Assembly: GCA_034530615.2 (NCBI GenBank)
Contig: JAVRCV020000056.1
Span: forward strand, 13,034 to 77,033
DNA: 64,000 bases
Direction of reading: 5' to 3'
Source of the DNA: Aulosira sp. ZfuVER01
GTDB lineage: Bacteria; Cyanobacteriota; Cyanobacteriia; Cyanobacteriales; Nostocaceae
Below the pieces are notes generated by a model. The model ran no database searches, was not told the DNA's origin, and saw nothing but the letters and a program-made list of their open reading frames with translations. The first letter of the stretch is position 1. Each line of letters opens with the position of its first letter. Below are positions 39,575-50,654 of this stretch, one piece after another. The position numbers and the translations under genes are program-made.

Positions 39575-40261
39575 ATGAGTGAGTTACTTACTACACTTTT
39601 AGTGGGAATCTCAGCCTTTGTTGCCACTAATATTGATGATATCGTTATTTTATTAATACTGTTTTCTCAGCTAAATTCTAGCTTTAGGTATCGGCACATT
39701 ATTGCTGGTCAATATTTAGGCTTTACAGTGTTAATTATTGCCAGTCTTCCTGGGTTATTAAGTGGGTTAATCTTACCACCCAACTGGATTGGACTGCTGG
39801 GATTAATACCGATGACGATAGGTATCAGCAGTTTGATTAATCGCGAAGAAAATGAAAAGCTAGAGGTTGAAACTATAACAGCAGAGTATCAGGATGCAAA
39901 CACTTCCAGTTTGTTTAATGTGAAAACTTACAGCGTTGCAGCCATAACCATCGCTAATGGTAGCGATAATATCAGCGTCTATGTACCATTATTTGCAAGT
40001 AGTAATGCAGGTGATTTTATAATTATTATTGGAGTATTTTTTCTACTAATAGCAATTTGGTGTTATTTAGCTTATAAATTGACCTATCAAACAAAGATAG
40101 CAAATTTATTAACTCAGTATAGCAATTATATTTTGCCTTTCGCATTAATAATCTTGGGTGGGATAATTATTTTAAAAACCGCAGCTTTAAGTTCAATCAA
40201 GTTAGCGGCTAGTTGTATTTGTTTAGCAATTTTAGTAAAAAAGCAACCATTATCGAACTAA
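39575..40261 (+). CDS. CadD-family (cadmium resistance) transporter
   Basis: FVATNIDD, GQYLGF, TIANGSDNISVYVP. Confidence 0.88.
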   Translation: MSELLTTLLVGISAFVATNIDDIVILLILFSQLNSSFRYRHIIAGQYLGFTVLIIASLPGLLSGLILPPNWIGLLGLIPMTIGISSLINREENEKLEVETITAEYQDANTSSLFNVKTYSVAAITIANGSDNISVYVPLFASSNAGDFIIIIGVFFLLIAIWCYLAYKLTYQTKIANLLTQYSNYILPFALIILGGIIILKTAALSSIKLAASCICLAILVKKQPLSN

Positions 40262-41193
40262 GCCACCTGTACATTCTCTTGCATCAAGATTGATTCAAAA
40301 GCTGTCATGACTCGCGTATGAAAACGTTGACGATGTTTCAGTTTCCAAACAGGCTGGACAATTTCTAATTTCTTCGTAGATTTTTTTTGCGGATCGATAA
40401 TTTGCACAGAGTGTAATGTCCCTATTTGTAATTCTTTTTTCACCATTGATTCTGGAAGTGCAGCCGCACCAACACCACTTTCTACAACTGCTTTCACCAT
40501 TTCACTAGTGTTGAGGTTAAGTACAACATCTAGGTTATTAGGTTCAATTCCCCAAGTTTGTAAGGCTCTTTCAAACATCTGCTGTGCGCCAGAACCAGAT
40601 TCACGCATTACCCAATTTGTGCTGAATAATTCATCTAAATAAATTTCGGTACGCTGATACCAAGAGTGAGACTTACCTACAACAATTTGCAGGCGATCGC
40701 TTCCTACTTGGTCTTTCTCTAAAGATTGCTGTAACGATGGTTTAATCTCCCCTGTTACTAAACCTAAATCATACATACCTACAGCAGTTCCTTCACAAAT
40801 TTCTTCCGCATTTCCTAGCCGACAATTGATAAAAATGCCAGGATACAACTGCTTAAACTGGCTAATTTTTTCGGGTAGCCAATAGTTACCAACTGTCAGA
40901 CTTGCACCTATTTTTAATTCTCCCCGTTGCAGATTATTTAATTCCTTCAAGCCACGTTCTGTTAACTCTACATGGTCGAGAATTTTTTGCGCCTCACCCT
41001 GTAATAATTTACCTGCATCTGTGATTTCAATATGACGACCAATGCGATGAAATAACCTGACACCATATTCTGTCTCTAGACTTTGGATCGCAGCACTGAC
41101 TGCTGGTTGAGTGATATAAAGTGCTTCTGCTGCACGGGTAAAGTGCAACATTTCTGCTACAGCTAAAAAAATTCGCAATTGTTCCAATGTCAT
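40258..41193 (-). CDS. LysR-family regulator (CysL-like)
   Basis: MTLEQLRIF..FTRAAEALYITQPAVS HTH; MRESGSG. Confidence 0.92.
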   Translation of the reverse strand: MTLEQLRIFLAVAEMLHFTRAAEALYITQPAVSAAIQSLETEYGVRLFHRIGRHIEITDAGKLLQGEAQKILDHVELTERGLKELNNLQRGELKIGASLTVGNYWLPEKISQFKQLYPGIFINCRLGNAEEICEGTAVGMYDLGLVTGEIKPSLQQSLEKDQVGSDRLQIVVGKSHSWYQRTEIYLDELFSTNWVMRESGSGAQQMFERALQTWGIEPNNLDVVLNLNTSEMVKAVVESGVGAAALPESMVKKELQIGTLHSVQIIDPQKKSTKKLEIVQPVWKLKHRQRFHTRVMTAFESILMQENVQVA

Positions 41194-41506
41194 TTGGACT
41201 ATATACAGGCTTGTATGGTAATGATTTTTCACACCCTGAGAGAATTATACGGTAAATTTAGCGGAAAGCTGTAGTTAAGTGTAATTGTTTTAAATTACAT
41301 ACTTGCAATCATATCTGTGTATCGATAAATTCAATCTATGGATTTAACAAAAAAGACTGTTTGCTCTTATTGATGGGTAGCCATAGAGTGAAACTATGCC
41401 TTTCACACAGGTTCCTTAGTCAAGCAAATCGTCAGTTAGATTAAACCTCCGTATCACTGATACAGATGCTTGAGAGGCACTACCATTGAGGAGACACAAC
41501 GCACCC

Positions 41507-42259
41507 ATGAGTGGATTACTGACCGCTATACCTACAGGACTCACCGCCTTCGCTGCTACTAATCTTGATGATATCGTCGTCCTATCACTATTTTTCTCAC
41601 AGATAAATGCTTGCTTTCGCCGTCGTCACATCGTTATCGGTCAGTATTTGGGTTTTAGTGCGTTAGTAGTTGCCAGCTTACCCAGCTTTTTTGGCAGATT
41701 CATTCTACCAGAATCCTGGATTGGGTTACTCGGTATTGTGCCAATCATCATCGGTATGAATCGCTTACTCAATCAAGAGACTAACGATACAGAAGATTTA
41801 AACACCCCTGAATCTTCGCAAGCTTGGTGGAGCAATTTCCTTTCACCACAAGCCTATGGTGTAGCAGCAGTTACCATTGCCAATGGTAGTGACAACATTA
41901 GTATCTATATGCCTTTATTTGCCACCCATACCTGGGATAGCTTACTTGTGATTTTGGTAGTTTTCTTCCTGTTGGTAGGTGTGTGGTGTTATACAGCTTA
42001 TCACTTAACTCAAATAAGTGCGATCGCCTCTGCAATTACTCGCTACGGTAACTCTTTAGTTCCCTTTATTTTAATGGGATTGGGTGTTTCCATTTTAATA
42101 GAAAGCCAAACCTTACAAACTCCTGCTTTAGTTTTCATTACCTGTGTAGGTATTGGTTCTTACCTGTTAATTTTAGGCAAGAACATTTGGCGAGAAAATT
42201 ATGGCTTTTCTTTGGGAGCGTCTGAAGCTGAAGTTATACCCAGAGTTAAACAAAAATGA
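41507..42259 (+). CDS. CadD-family transporter (second paralog)
   Basis: FAATNLDD, GQYLGF, TIANGSDNISIYMP. Confidence 0.88.
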   Translation: MSGLLTAIPTGLTAFAATNLDDIVVLSLFFSQINACFRRRHIVIGQYLGFSALVVASLPSFFGRFILPESWIGLLGIVPIIIGMNRLLNQETNDTEDLNTPESSQAWWSNFLSPQAYGVAAVTIANGSDNISIYMPLFATHTWDSLLVILVVFFLLVGVWCYTAYHLTQISAIASAITRYGNSLVPFILMGLGVSILIESQTLQTPALVFITCVGIGSYLLILGKNIWRENYGFSLGASEAEVIPRVKQK

Positions 42260-42366
42260 GTTTTGATGTTTATAACTTCCACCAACAGACAGATGAACAA
42301 ATGTTTAATTAATACCTTAAATTAGGTAATTAGTACTGAGAAAAATTAATTTCTGAGGAAAAACAC

Positions 42367-42990
42367 ATGAAATTTTTCAAAAATACTCTTGTTAAAATTA
42401 CGCTGGTTTGCTTATTACTATTGATAAACTTGACGATTGCTCAACCATCTTGGGCAGGAAAAAAATTAGCTGATGACCCAGACTATATAGAAATTACCAA
42501 ATCACTAGAATCTGCTTTACAGGATAAGCAAACCCAAGGAACTACACCAGAAATTGAGCAAAAAATTTCTAATTTGAGATACCAAAAGTACATTGTGGAA
42601 AATAGTGAAGATCCTGTAGCAATTTGTCGCAATGAAACAGATAAAACCCTGTTAATATACGGTCAAAAACCCAAAAAATCTACCTCATCTTATGACAATG
42701 AATTGTATCTGCTACCCAGTGGCGCAGAAACAGATGACGAGTGGGACTGCCAAGGCGTTTATATTCCTGGAAAACCAGCTACAGAACAACAAGCAGCCAC
42801 ATCAGCTAAAGCTTTGAAGATTGTTCATGGAACTCGGTTAGTTGTCACAACCAACCCCGAAACTGGAGAAATTGATTTCAATCTTCCGCCTGCGAAGGTT
42901 TTTCAATCTGGCGAAGCTAACTGGTTTATTCCTGACGATTTGCAAGCCACACTAGATGCGGGAATTACCACAGCAAAAATTAACGATTAA
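42367..42990 (+). CDS. Secreted hypothetical protein
   Basis: Signal peptide ending PSWA; CRNET..WDCQG Cys pair. Confidence 0.8.
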   Translation: MKFFKNTLVKITLVCLLLLINLTIAQPSWAGKKLADDPDYIEITKSLESALQDKQTQGTTPEIEQKISNLRYQKYIVENSEDPVAICRNETDKTLLIYGQKPKKSTSSYDNELYLLPSGAETDDEWDCQGVYIPGKPATEQQAATSAKALKIVHGTRLVVTTNPETGEIDFNLPPAKVFQSGEANWFIPDDLQATLDAGITTAKIND

Positions 42991-43134
42991 GCGAATAGTA
43001 TAGATTGAATAGGCAAATTCAACCAGAATTTTCAATAAAAAACTCCATCCCCTTGTGGGTGGATTTTTTGTTAGTAAGTAAGTGAGTGAGAAAAATTCAA
43101 CATTTCTGAATAAAGATAAATAATTCGTAGATTC

Positions 43135-43211
43135 GTAGGGTGTGTTATGCCGTAGGCTAACGCACCTTAAAATGTTGGCGGTGCGTTGCGCTGCGCGACA
43201 ACACACCCTAC
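43135..43211. repeat. REP-like palindromic dispersed repeat (copy 2)
   Basis: GTAGGGTGTGTTATGCC...ACACACCCTAC. Confidence 0.8.
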
Positions 43212-43396
43212 AAATGACTACTGTAATGCGAATTACAATAAAATAAATTGATTAAAAGCTTAAAGTTAATCAATAAGTTTTATTGTGTATCAATAAAATG
43301 CTATTTAATTGCCAAATAAATTATTGATATAGTTTTTTTAGTGGAAAATAAATAAATATAGAAAATTTTGAGTAATTAATTCAACAAGTAAATCTC

Positions 43397-43822
43397 ATGA
43401 AGATAGAAGCAGCAAAAGTAGAAACAAATAATTCAGAAAAAAAGAAGTACAGGTCAGACCGAGTTCGGGATCACTTAGCAAATGAGCGTACCTATCTAGC
43501 ATGGATGCGCAGTGGTATTGCGCTCATGGGTTTTGGTGTTTTGATTGTACGATTGCGAATAATTCGACCTCCATTAGCACCACAACCTCCAGGTAGTGGT
43601 TGGAAGCTAGGTTTAGCATTTGCTTTAGTTGGTGTGTTAACAGTATTACTTTCAACTCAGCATTATTTCGCTGTCCGTCGAGACATTGACGAGGATACTT
43701 ATCAGCCGCCAGACCGTTGGATACTTCTGGCGAGTTTAGCTGTGGTTCTCCTCGGTGGGGGTGTACTATACTATGTGTTCACGGTTCCTCTAGATTATTT
43801 GAATAGTTTTATACTAGAGTGA
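43397..43822 (+). CDS. YidH/DUF202 membrane protein
   Basis: RDHLANERTYLAWMR. Confidence 0.9.
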   Translation: MKIEAAKVETNNSEKKKYRSDRVRDHLANERTYLAWMRSGIALMGFGVLIVRLRIIRPPLAPQPPGSGWKLGLAFALVGVLTVLLSTQHYFAVRRDIDEDTYQPPDRWILLASLAVVLLGGGVLYYVFTVPLDYLNSFILE

Positions 43823-43898
43823 GAAATTTACCTGCAATCCTTGTAAAGACGGAGCATCGCTACGTCTCTACATTATTTTTCAGCCAGATTGGAAGTTT

Positions 43899-44861
43899 CT
43901 AATTGAATATAGGTATTTCCAACTCTGATAAATCCTTAAACAACGTGGTACTCAAGTAGCGTTCGCCAAAACTAGGTTGAACTATAACAATCAACTTACC
44001 GTTATTTTCTGGACGCTTTGCCACCTGAATAGCTGCATACAAAGCTGCACCTGTAGAGATACCCGATAATAAACCTTCTTCTCTTGCTAATCTCCGACTA
44101 TATGCGATCGCATCTTCATCCGACACCGCAATCACTTCATCAATAAGTTCTAGCCGACAAATTGCTGGGACAAATCCTGCGCCAATCCCTTGAATTTTAT
44201 GCGCTCCCGATTGTCCTCCCGACAGCACCCGACTATTACTTGGTTCTACAGCAATAGCTTGAAAACTGGGCTTACGTTGTTTAATTACCTCAGCTACACC
44301 AGTTAATGTTCCCCCAGTACCAACTCCTGCTACCAAAATATCTACCTGTCCATCGGTATCTTGCCAAATTTCTTCAGCAGTTGTTTGACGATGGATTTTA
44401 GGATTAGCTGGGTTACGGAACTGTTGCAACATATAGGCATTGGGCAATTCTGCCACAATTTGCTCGGCTCTAGCGATCGCTCCCCGCATCCCCTCTAAAC
44501 CAGGAGTTAATTCTAACTGTGCGCCATAAGCTCGCAACATCGCCTGTCTTTCTGTACTCATCGTATCTGGCATAGTCAGAATCAAATGATAGCCTTTAGC
44601 CGCAGCCACCATTGCCAAAGCGATACCCGTATTCCCAGAAGTTGGTTCTACTAATGTTGTCTTACCTGGATGAATTAAACCCGCCTGTTCTGCATTTTCC
44701 ACCATACTCACGCCAATTCTGTCTTTTACAGATGCAGATGGATTCATGCTTTCTAACTTCACCACAATATCTGCTACAGCTCCCTCTGCTTGAGGAATCC
44801 TGTTTAACTGCACCAGTGGTGTGCGCCCAACTAACTCTGTCATATCTTTGGCAATTTTCAT
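43899..44861 (-). CDS. cysK: Cysteine synthase A
   Basis: [33 protein letters not shown]. Confidence 0.95.
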   Translation of the reverse strand: MKIAKDMTELVGRTPLVQLNRIPQAEGAVADIVVKLESMNPSASVKDRIGVSMVENAEQAGLIHPGKTTLVEPTSGNTGIALAMVAAAKGYHLILTMPDTMSTERQAMLRAYGAQLELTPGLEGMRGAIARAEQIVAELPNAYMLQQFRNPANPKIHRQTTAEEIWQDTDGQVDILVAGVGTGGTLTGVAEVIKQRKPSFQAIAVEPSNSRVLSGGQSGAHKIQGIGAGFVPAICRLELIDEVIAVSDEDAIAYSRRLAREEGLLSGISTGAALYAAIQVAKRPENNGKLIVIVQPSFGERYLSTTLFKDLSELEIPIFN

Positions 44862-45141
44862 CACAACTCCTCACGTCAAAATCTCACAAAAAAATATAAA
44901 AATTCTTACCCCTTCTGCCTTGAAAGAGGCAATAGGCAAGAGTCATTAATTAATTATTCTTCCGATCTCCCTTGTCCACGCCACTTGCTACAACGCGACG
45001 GCACTTCCTTCAAGTCGGCAAAGCCGCCCAACGGAGTGCCTTGGAAACCCGCACAACGCAGTGGCTCCCCTTGTCTTCCTTGTCCTTTTTCATGCATGGC
45101 GATGAAATTTTTTCATTGGGACTGCCCTCTGCCTTCTGTTG

Positions 45142-45612
45142 CTAAATGTAATACATCTGACTTTTCTGTAAACGTGCTTCTCGTTGGTCACACAAGTCTT
45201 GGATGGTATATTGGCTCAAAACAGCTTGTGCTGCTACATCCGCTTGTCGCCAAATCTCCGACACCAAGGTTTTTTCTAAATTTTCTGGCGAAGGGGATTC
45301 TTTTTCTTTTTGCTCTCCATCCAACATAATTACGACTTCTAACAATGTCAGTTGCCGAGGTTCGCGCACCAAAATAAAGCCACCCCTAGAGCCACGTTGA
45401 CTCTGCACCACACCCGCCCGCCGTAGATTGGAAAGAATCTGCTCCAGATAACGCTCTGGTATTGGATGCTTGGCGGAGATGTCACTCATGGTGGTGGGCG
45501 TTTTGTGAGCATAATGGTTGGCTAGTTCTAAAAGTGCCAATAACGCATATTCCACTTTGGCAGACAAATCCAAGAGGGTATAGTTTTGTTTTTTTAAGCT
45601 CTCTGTCATCAT
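45142..45612 (-). CDS. Rrf2-family transcriptional regulator (CymR-like)
   Basis: EYALLALLEL, IPERYLEQIL, SQRGSRGGF, C-terminal MYYI; no IscR Cys triad. Confidence 0.92.
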   Translation of the reverse strand: MMTESLKKQNYTLLDLSAKVEYALLALLELANHYAHKTPTTMSDISAKHPIPERYLEQILSNLRRAGVVQSQRGSRGGFILVREPRQLTLLEVVIMLDGEQKEKESPSPENLEKTLVSEIWRQADVAAQAVLSQYTIQDLCDQREARLQKSQMYYI

Positions 45613-45865
45613 ACTACTGTTAGCTGGTAGACTTATTGTACTTTAAACGAGAAAATTGCTAAAAACAATGTTTAATGAGATACAGTTATCTAACTCATAC
45701 TAAATTACTATAATTCTATCAACTTATCGGGGTTTATTTGTAAAGCTCTTGATTTAAGGCTGAATTAGTCTATACAAACTTCATCTAATCAAACATAGCT
45801 ATTTTCAGCTTGTAACAAATATCACTACAAAATCAAACCACATCTTCATTTGCCAAGGCAAAAAT

Positions 45866-46588
45866 ATGCTTTTAACTGACTTACGCACAATTTCTGAACG
45901 CGATCCCGCAGCCCGTAATTGGCTAGAGATTGTATTCTGTTATCCTGGCGTTCAAGCTTTGATGTTTCATCGCCTTACCCACTGGTTGTACAAAATCGGG
46001 ATTCCCTTTGTACCAAGATTTATTTCTACTATCAGTCGGTTTTTGACAGGGATTGAAATTCACCCTGGCGCAAAAATTGGTAAAGGTGTATTTATCGATC
46101 ACGGTATGGGTGTAGTCATTGGGGAAACAGCTATCGTGGGTGATTATGCACTGATTTATCAAGGTGTCACCCTTGGCGGTACAGGAAAAGAAAGTGGTAA
46201 GCGTCATCCTACATTGGGTGAGAATGTCGTTGTAGGAGCAGGTGCAAAAGTCTTAGGTAATATTCAAATTGGTAATAATGTTCGTATTGGTGCCGGTTCA
46301 GTAGTTTTGCGCGATGTTCCCAGTAATACAACTGTGGTAGGAATTCCAGGACGTTTGATTCGCACAGATAATACTAATGTTTTAGAGCATGGAAAAGTCC
46401 GAGATGTCGAAGCAGAGGTAATTCGCGCCCTCTTTGAACGTGTCAAAAACCTAGAACACCAGGTAGAACAGTTAGACGTTAATAATATTCATCTATCCCA
46501 CAACCAAGCGAACAATGAACACATTGACGAAACTAAAGCCGAGAGTGACTTAGTGATTGAAGAGTTTTTAGATGGCGCAGGAATTTAG
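45866..46588 (+). CDS. cysE: Serine O-acetyltransferase
   Basis: RDPAAR, GIEIHPGA, FIDHGMG, KRHPTLG, C-terminal DGAGI. Confidence 0.95.
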   Translation: MLLTDLRTISERDPAARNWLEIVFCYPGVQALMFHRLTHWLYKIGIPFVPRFISTISRFLTGIEIHPGAKIGKGVFIDHGMGVVIGETAIVGDYALIYQGVTLGGTGKESGKRHPTLGENVVVGAGAKVLGNIQIGNNVRIGAGSVVLRDVPSNTTVVGIPGRLIRTDNTNVLEHGKVRDVEAEVIRALFERVKNLEHQVEQLDVNNIHLSHNQANNEHIDETKAESDLVIEEFLDGAGI

Positions 46589-46838
46589 GAAAACGCCAAC
46601 CTCCTCAATCAATTTTTGATGTTCACAAAGAGACGCGGAGAAAGGGAGACGCGGAGACACGGGGACAGAAATTGGAAGAGGATTGTGACCTCGCCCAATT
46701 TCAAGCGTCTGAATAAAAGATTCAGACGGGGTTTCAGATCCGTGGAGCTTCCACTCCGGACACGGGGACGCATCAAACGCTCCGCGTCTCCGCGTCCCTG
46801 TATCTTCTTTGATGAGTGAGGAGGTCAGAACACAGCCA

Positions 46839-47858
46839 CTACCTTAAGCCATTAGCAGTAGCAAACACCTTTGTTTGTTTGGGTTTGATATAGACACGTT
46901 GACCCTTTTGTAACTGAAGTTGATAAAACTGTTCTCGGCTAAGATGAGCATTGAGTATTTCACCAGACCGTAAAACTAACTCCACACGAATTTCCCAACC
47001 AAGGTGAGTAATTCGCTCAACGATCGCAAGAGTACTATTTTCATCGTCATTCTTACCAATTAAGATATCGTGTGGTCGCAAAAATACTTTTTCACTAGGA
47101 GACACAGCACTTGTGTCAGGAATGATATCGACATGACTGGATAGAACATTCACCGGGCCGATAAAACTCATCACAAACGGTGTAGCTGGGTTATCATAAA
47201 TCTCCGCCGGAGTCCCAACTTGTTCTACTCTTCCTTTATTCATCACCACAATTTCGTCAGCCACTTCCATTGCTTCTTCTTGATCGTGGGTGACAAATAC
47301 AGTCGTGACATGAACTTCTGAATGCAGATTGCGTAACCACATACGCAAATCCTTACGGACTTTGGCATCTAATGCGCCAAAAGGCTCATCTAACAATAAT
47401 ATTTGGGGTTGCACAGCTAATGAGCGTGCTAATGCAACTCGTTGTCTTTGTCCACCAGATAGTTGAGAAGGATAGCGATCGCCAAATCCCTGCATCTGTA
47501 CCAATTCCAAAAGTTCATCAACCCTCTGACGGATGCGGTTTTTAGGATGTTTACGCAAATCCATAGCGAAGGCAATATTCTCACGTACTGTCAGGTGTTT
47601 AAACAGCGCGTAATGCTGGAAAACAAAGCCAATGTTCCGTTCTTGTACGCTGCGGTATGTAGCATTTTCACCCACTAACCAAATTTCGCCATTATCTGGT
47701 GTTTCTAAACCAGCAATGATGCGCAGTAGTGTGGATTTTCCTGAACCGGAAGGGCCTAACAACGCTACCAGAGAATCTGTCTTGATCTCTAAACTCACAT
47801 TATCAACAGCATAAAAACTTCCATAGTGCTTAGAAACGTTTTCAACTAAGATTCCCAT
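46839..47858 (-). CDS. cysA: Sulfate ABC transporter ATP-binding protein
   Basis: [39 protein letters not shown] tail. Confidence 0.9.
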   Translation of the reverse strand: MGILVENVSKHYGSFYAVDNVSLEIKTDSLVALLGPSGSGKSTLLRIIAGLETPDNGEIWLVGENATYRSVQERNIGFVFQHYALFKHLTVRENIAFAMDLRKHPKNRIRQRVDELLELVQMQGFGDRYPSQLSGGQRQRVALARSLAVQPQILLLDEPFGALDAKVRKDLRMWLRNLHSEVHVTTVFVTHDQEEAMEVADEIVVMNKGRVEQVGTPAEIYDNPATPFVMSFIGPVNVLSSHVDIIPDTSAVSPSEKVFLRPHDILIGKNDDENSTLAIVERITHLGWEIRVELVLRSGEILNAHLSREQFYQLQLQKGQRVYIKPKQTKVFATANGLR

Positions 47859-48013
47859 ATTCTTTGCTTCTAAATTTGGTATTTAGTTAATTTAACTACG
47901 ATTATTCTACTGATTTTTAGTATTTAATTAAAATGGCAATTATTTTGTATCATAAAATACATAAAATTTTACTACTAAAAAATTAAATATTTTGCCGATT
48001 CAAGTTACATAAC

Positions 48014-48304
48014 TTAACAGTACCAACTATCGCCATCTGTATTTGGTTTACCCACAATTTTGATATTTAAAGTTTCCAAATAATTTAAACTCTCCTGTAT
48101 TTGAGACATATAACCTCGCAATTCTAAATCAAAACATCCTGGGAGATTAGTATTTTTTTCTAGTTGTGCCCCAGTAATATTAACAGTTAAGTTGAACCGC
48201 GAAATAATTTGAGAAATAATTGGCTCTTGCCAGTAAGATTTAGGAATATATAAACGCACGCGCAGTTGAGTCATACTGCCATTTTTAGTCAAAAATGAAA
48301 TCAT
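48014..48304 (-). CDS. NIL-domain protein
   Basis: EPIISQIISRFNLTVNITGA..FDLELRG. Confidence 0.8.
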   Translation of the reverse strand: MISFLTKNGSMTQLRVRLYIPKSYWQEPIISQIISRFNLTVNITGAQLEKNTNLPGCFDLELRGYMSQIQESLNYLETLNIKIVGKPNTDGDSWYC

Positions 48305-48319
48305 AGATAAATATTCGCT

Positions 48320-48958
48320 TTAAATGACATATCCATGTAAAAAAGACGAGTCCAACCACAGTGGTAACTGTAGTTTTTTTAAATAATTGAAACTAGAAAA
48401 AAGTTGCTGTGGTTTACCCCAAAGGTCTAAATCAAACCAACCATCATCTTGCTGATTTGCTGGTAGTGATGCTTCAATAATATTGACTGTAATTCCATAG
48501 CGTGAAACTAAGTTAAAGATGATTGGTTGCTTGTAGTAATCTTTCAAGATGCAAATCTGTAAGCGTAGTCGGCAAGATTGACTGTTGCGAATGTTGTAGG
48601 CTGGAGTGTTTAAAGTTGTTGGTAAAGGTGCAAGTTCTTTACTTACTTGAGGAAACATCTGAGAACTAGGATTATGCTCCACATTGCCAGGGATACTTAG
48701 ATGCATGACATCTACTCCCAAATTCTGCAAATACAACAAACCATCACAGATCTGTTCTGAATTGCCTTGGAGTTGCAAGTCAAACCAACCATAATTTTCT
48801 GTAGCTGTCAGCATCGCCGCCATGATATTGACTGTGACACCATAGCGCGATACCAAACGGGAAATTAAAGGTTGACGTTGATAATGCTGAGGTATCCGAA
48901 TACGGCTATCAACTGGAGTGGGTTGAGGTAATTTCTTACGCGGCATAGGAATCTGCAA
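48320..48958 (-). CDS. Tandem NIL-domain protein
   Basis: Two copies of QP.I..LVSRYG.TVNI..A..GWFDL.L.G. Confidence 0.82.
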   Translation of the reverse strand: MQIPMPRKKLPQPTPVDSRIRIPQHYQRQPLISRLVSRYGVTVNIMAAMLTATENYGWFDLQLQGNSEQICDGLLYLQNLGVDVMHLSIPGNVEHNPSSQMFPQVSKELAPLPTTLNTPAYNIRNSQSCRLRLQICILKDYYKQPIIFNLVSRYGITVNIIEASLPANQQDDGWFDLDLWGKPQQLFSSFNYLKKLQLPLWLDSSFLHGYVI

Positions 48959-48973
48959 GGGGAGAACGTTTAA

Positions 48974-49240
48974 TCACCAATTACCAACGCTGTTTTCGTC
49001 CCAGATTTCTAGTTCAATCTCCTGAAGATGATTGATAGCACGATCTATCTGTGCTGTTGTACCTTGTAACTCGAGGTCAAACCAACCGTCACCAACAGCG
49101 TTTGCACCTAAAATCGCGGCTGTAATATTTATAGTTAGACCATAATCTGAAACTAAGCGGGAAATTACAGGTTCTTGATGAAAATTCCTCGGAATTCGCA
49201 GGCGAATTTGTTTGTGAACGATCTGATTGTCAGTAACCAT
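48974..49240 (-). CDS. NIL-domain protein
   Basis: EPVISRLVSDYGLTINITAA..GWFDLELQG. Confidence 0.82.
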   Translation of the reverse strand: MVTDNQIVHKQIRLRIPRNFHQEPVISRLVSDYGLTINITAAILGANAVGDGWFDLELQGTTAQIDRAINHLQEIELEIWDENSVGNW

Positions 49241-49841
49241 ATCTCAATTACCTATTCTTCAGAAATCAAAGAAGTAAATATAGCCTCCGCACCACAGCCA
49301 AATTAGTGTGTGCGATCGCCAATAACCTATTTTTCGTTTAGACTGGCTTCTGTATTGTTTGTAGATGACGCAATTTCGCCGTTAACAGAACAGGCTACCC
49401 TACACTTAAAATTACTCACACCCAAAATCAAGAGGTGCGTTTCCATCGATGCTAGATATCCCTCCAAATAGCCACTTTCTGCTTCTGGCTTTAAACTACA
49501 GTTTGTCTATCAATTATTTGTACTTTAAGGTCTTAGTAATACATACTACAGATATTTAGATGAAATAGCAATAGGAAACACCATAATCCCGGTCAAATAT
49601 GTGGTAATTCCATTATTGTTCAGAATGCAAGCTGGGTAATACCATTTTGGATTTTAGATTTTGGATTGTAAAAGATTGATTGACCAAGCTTTTGGGCGCT
49701 CCATCTGTCGCAATCATTTTTCAAATTGGTATTAGGCATCTGCGATCGCTCTCACTCATCTAAAAAATGATAAAAAAATAGCAGATGGGGATGGACTTAC
49801 CCAACTGCTATTGAGGAAGGAGTAACAAGAACTCTGAACAA

Positions 49842-50411
49842 CTAACCAGCATGGGTCAATTCTTTAGCCAGATTCTGGGAATGATTCACTGCTAAAGCAA
49901 ACTCGTTGACGACATCTTGCAACCTGTGGTCTATTTCCTCATCAAATTGCACGCTACCATCAGGCTGAATTTTAATTTGCTTATCGACTGCGTAAACTGT
50001 ACTCAATATATGCCGTGCGCCTAATTCAGATAACACAGGTTTTAATGCATACTCTACTGATAATAAATGGGCGATTGTGCCACCTACGGCTAGAGGTAGC
50101 ACAACTTTGCCTGCTAAAGCTTTCTGGGGTAATAAATCTAAAAATGCTTTGAGTACACCTGTGTAGGCTGCTTTATAAATGGGAGTTGCAATAATTACAC
50201 CGCTTGCTTTTTCTAGCAGTGCTTTTGGTTGTTCTAATGCGGGACTATCATAACGTCCATAGGCTAAGACTTCAGCAGGTATATCTCGGACTGAGATGAT
50301 ATTTGTGGATAAATCTTTTTGCTGTGACAGAAGTTGAGCAGCGTATTCCACAAGGGCGTAGGTTCTGGAAGGATGAGTGGGACTACCAGCGATCGCTAAT
50401 ATTTGTGTCAT
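49842..50411 (-). CDS. ssuE: NAD(P)H-dependent FMN reductase
   Basis: AGSPTHPSRT, ATPIYKAAYTGVLK, GGTIAH; downstream of ssuD. Confidence 0.9.
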   Translation of the reverse strand: MTQILAIAGSPTHPSRTYALVEYAAQLLSQQKDLSTNIISVRDIPAEVLAYGRYDSPALEQPKALLEKASGVIIATPIYKAAYTGVLKAFLDLLPQKALAGKVVLPLAVGGTIAHLLSVEYALKPVLSELGARHILSTVYAVDKQIKIQPDGSVQFDEEIDHRLQDVVNEFALAVNHSQNLAKELTHAG

Positions 50412-50654
50412 GTTGAGTGAGACCTTTTAGGGTTTTTAAACGCAGAGGTGTGAGGAGGGAAGTGCAGCGAAAAGTTACAAGGAAGCCACCCGCAAGCAAG
50501 CGACTCAACTTTTCAAGATAGCCGATCGTGGGAAAAACCCACAAACATACATGAAAATATGATACCTTCTGGAGAGAGGACAAGGGGGACAAAGAGATGC
50601 AAAGACGCGGAGACGCGGAGAAATAATCAATGCTCCATGCCCAATGCCCAATTT

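Noticed and set aside
41370..41500. Possible riboswitch (yybP-ykoY) before the second cadD
   Set aside because: Some pairing potential (TCAAGCA/TGCTTGA, GTATCA/TGATAC) but consensus motifs not recognisable; needs a covariance-model search
44930..45135. GC-richer intergenic blocks (also 46616-46819, 50420-50650) as genes
   Set aside because: Made of nested short dispersed repeats; the ORFs over them are low-complexity and probably spurious
49267..49446. 59-aa minus-strand ORF between the operator and the NIL genes
   Set aside because: Has a GGAGG upstream but no motif or other support
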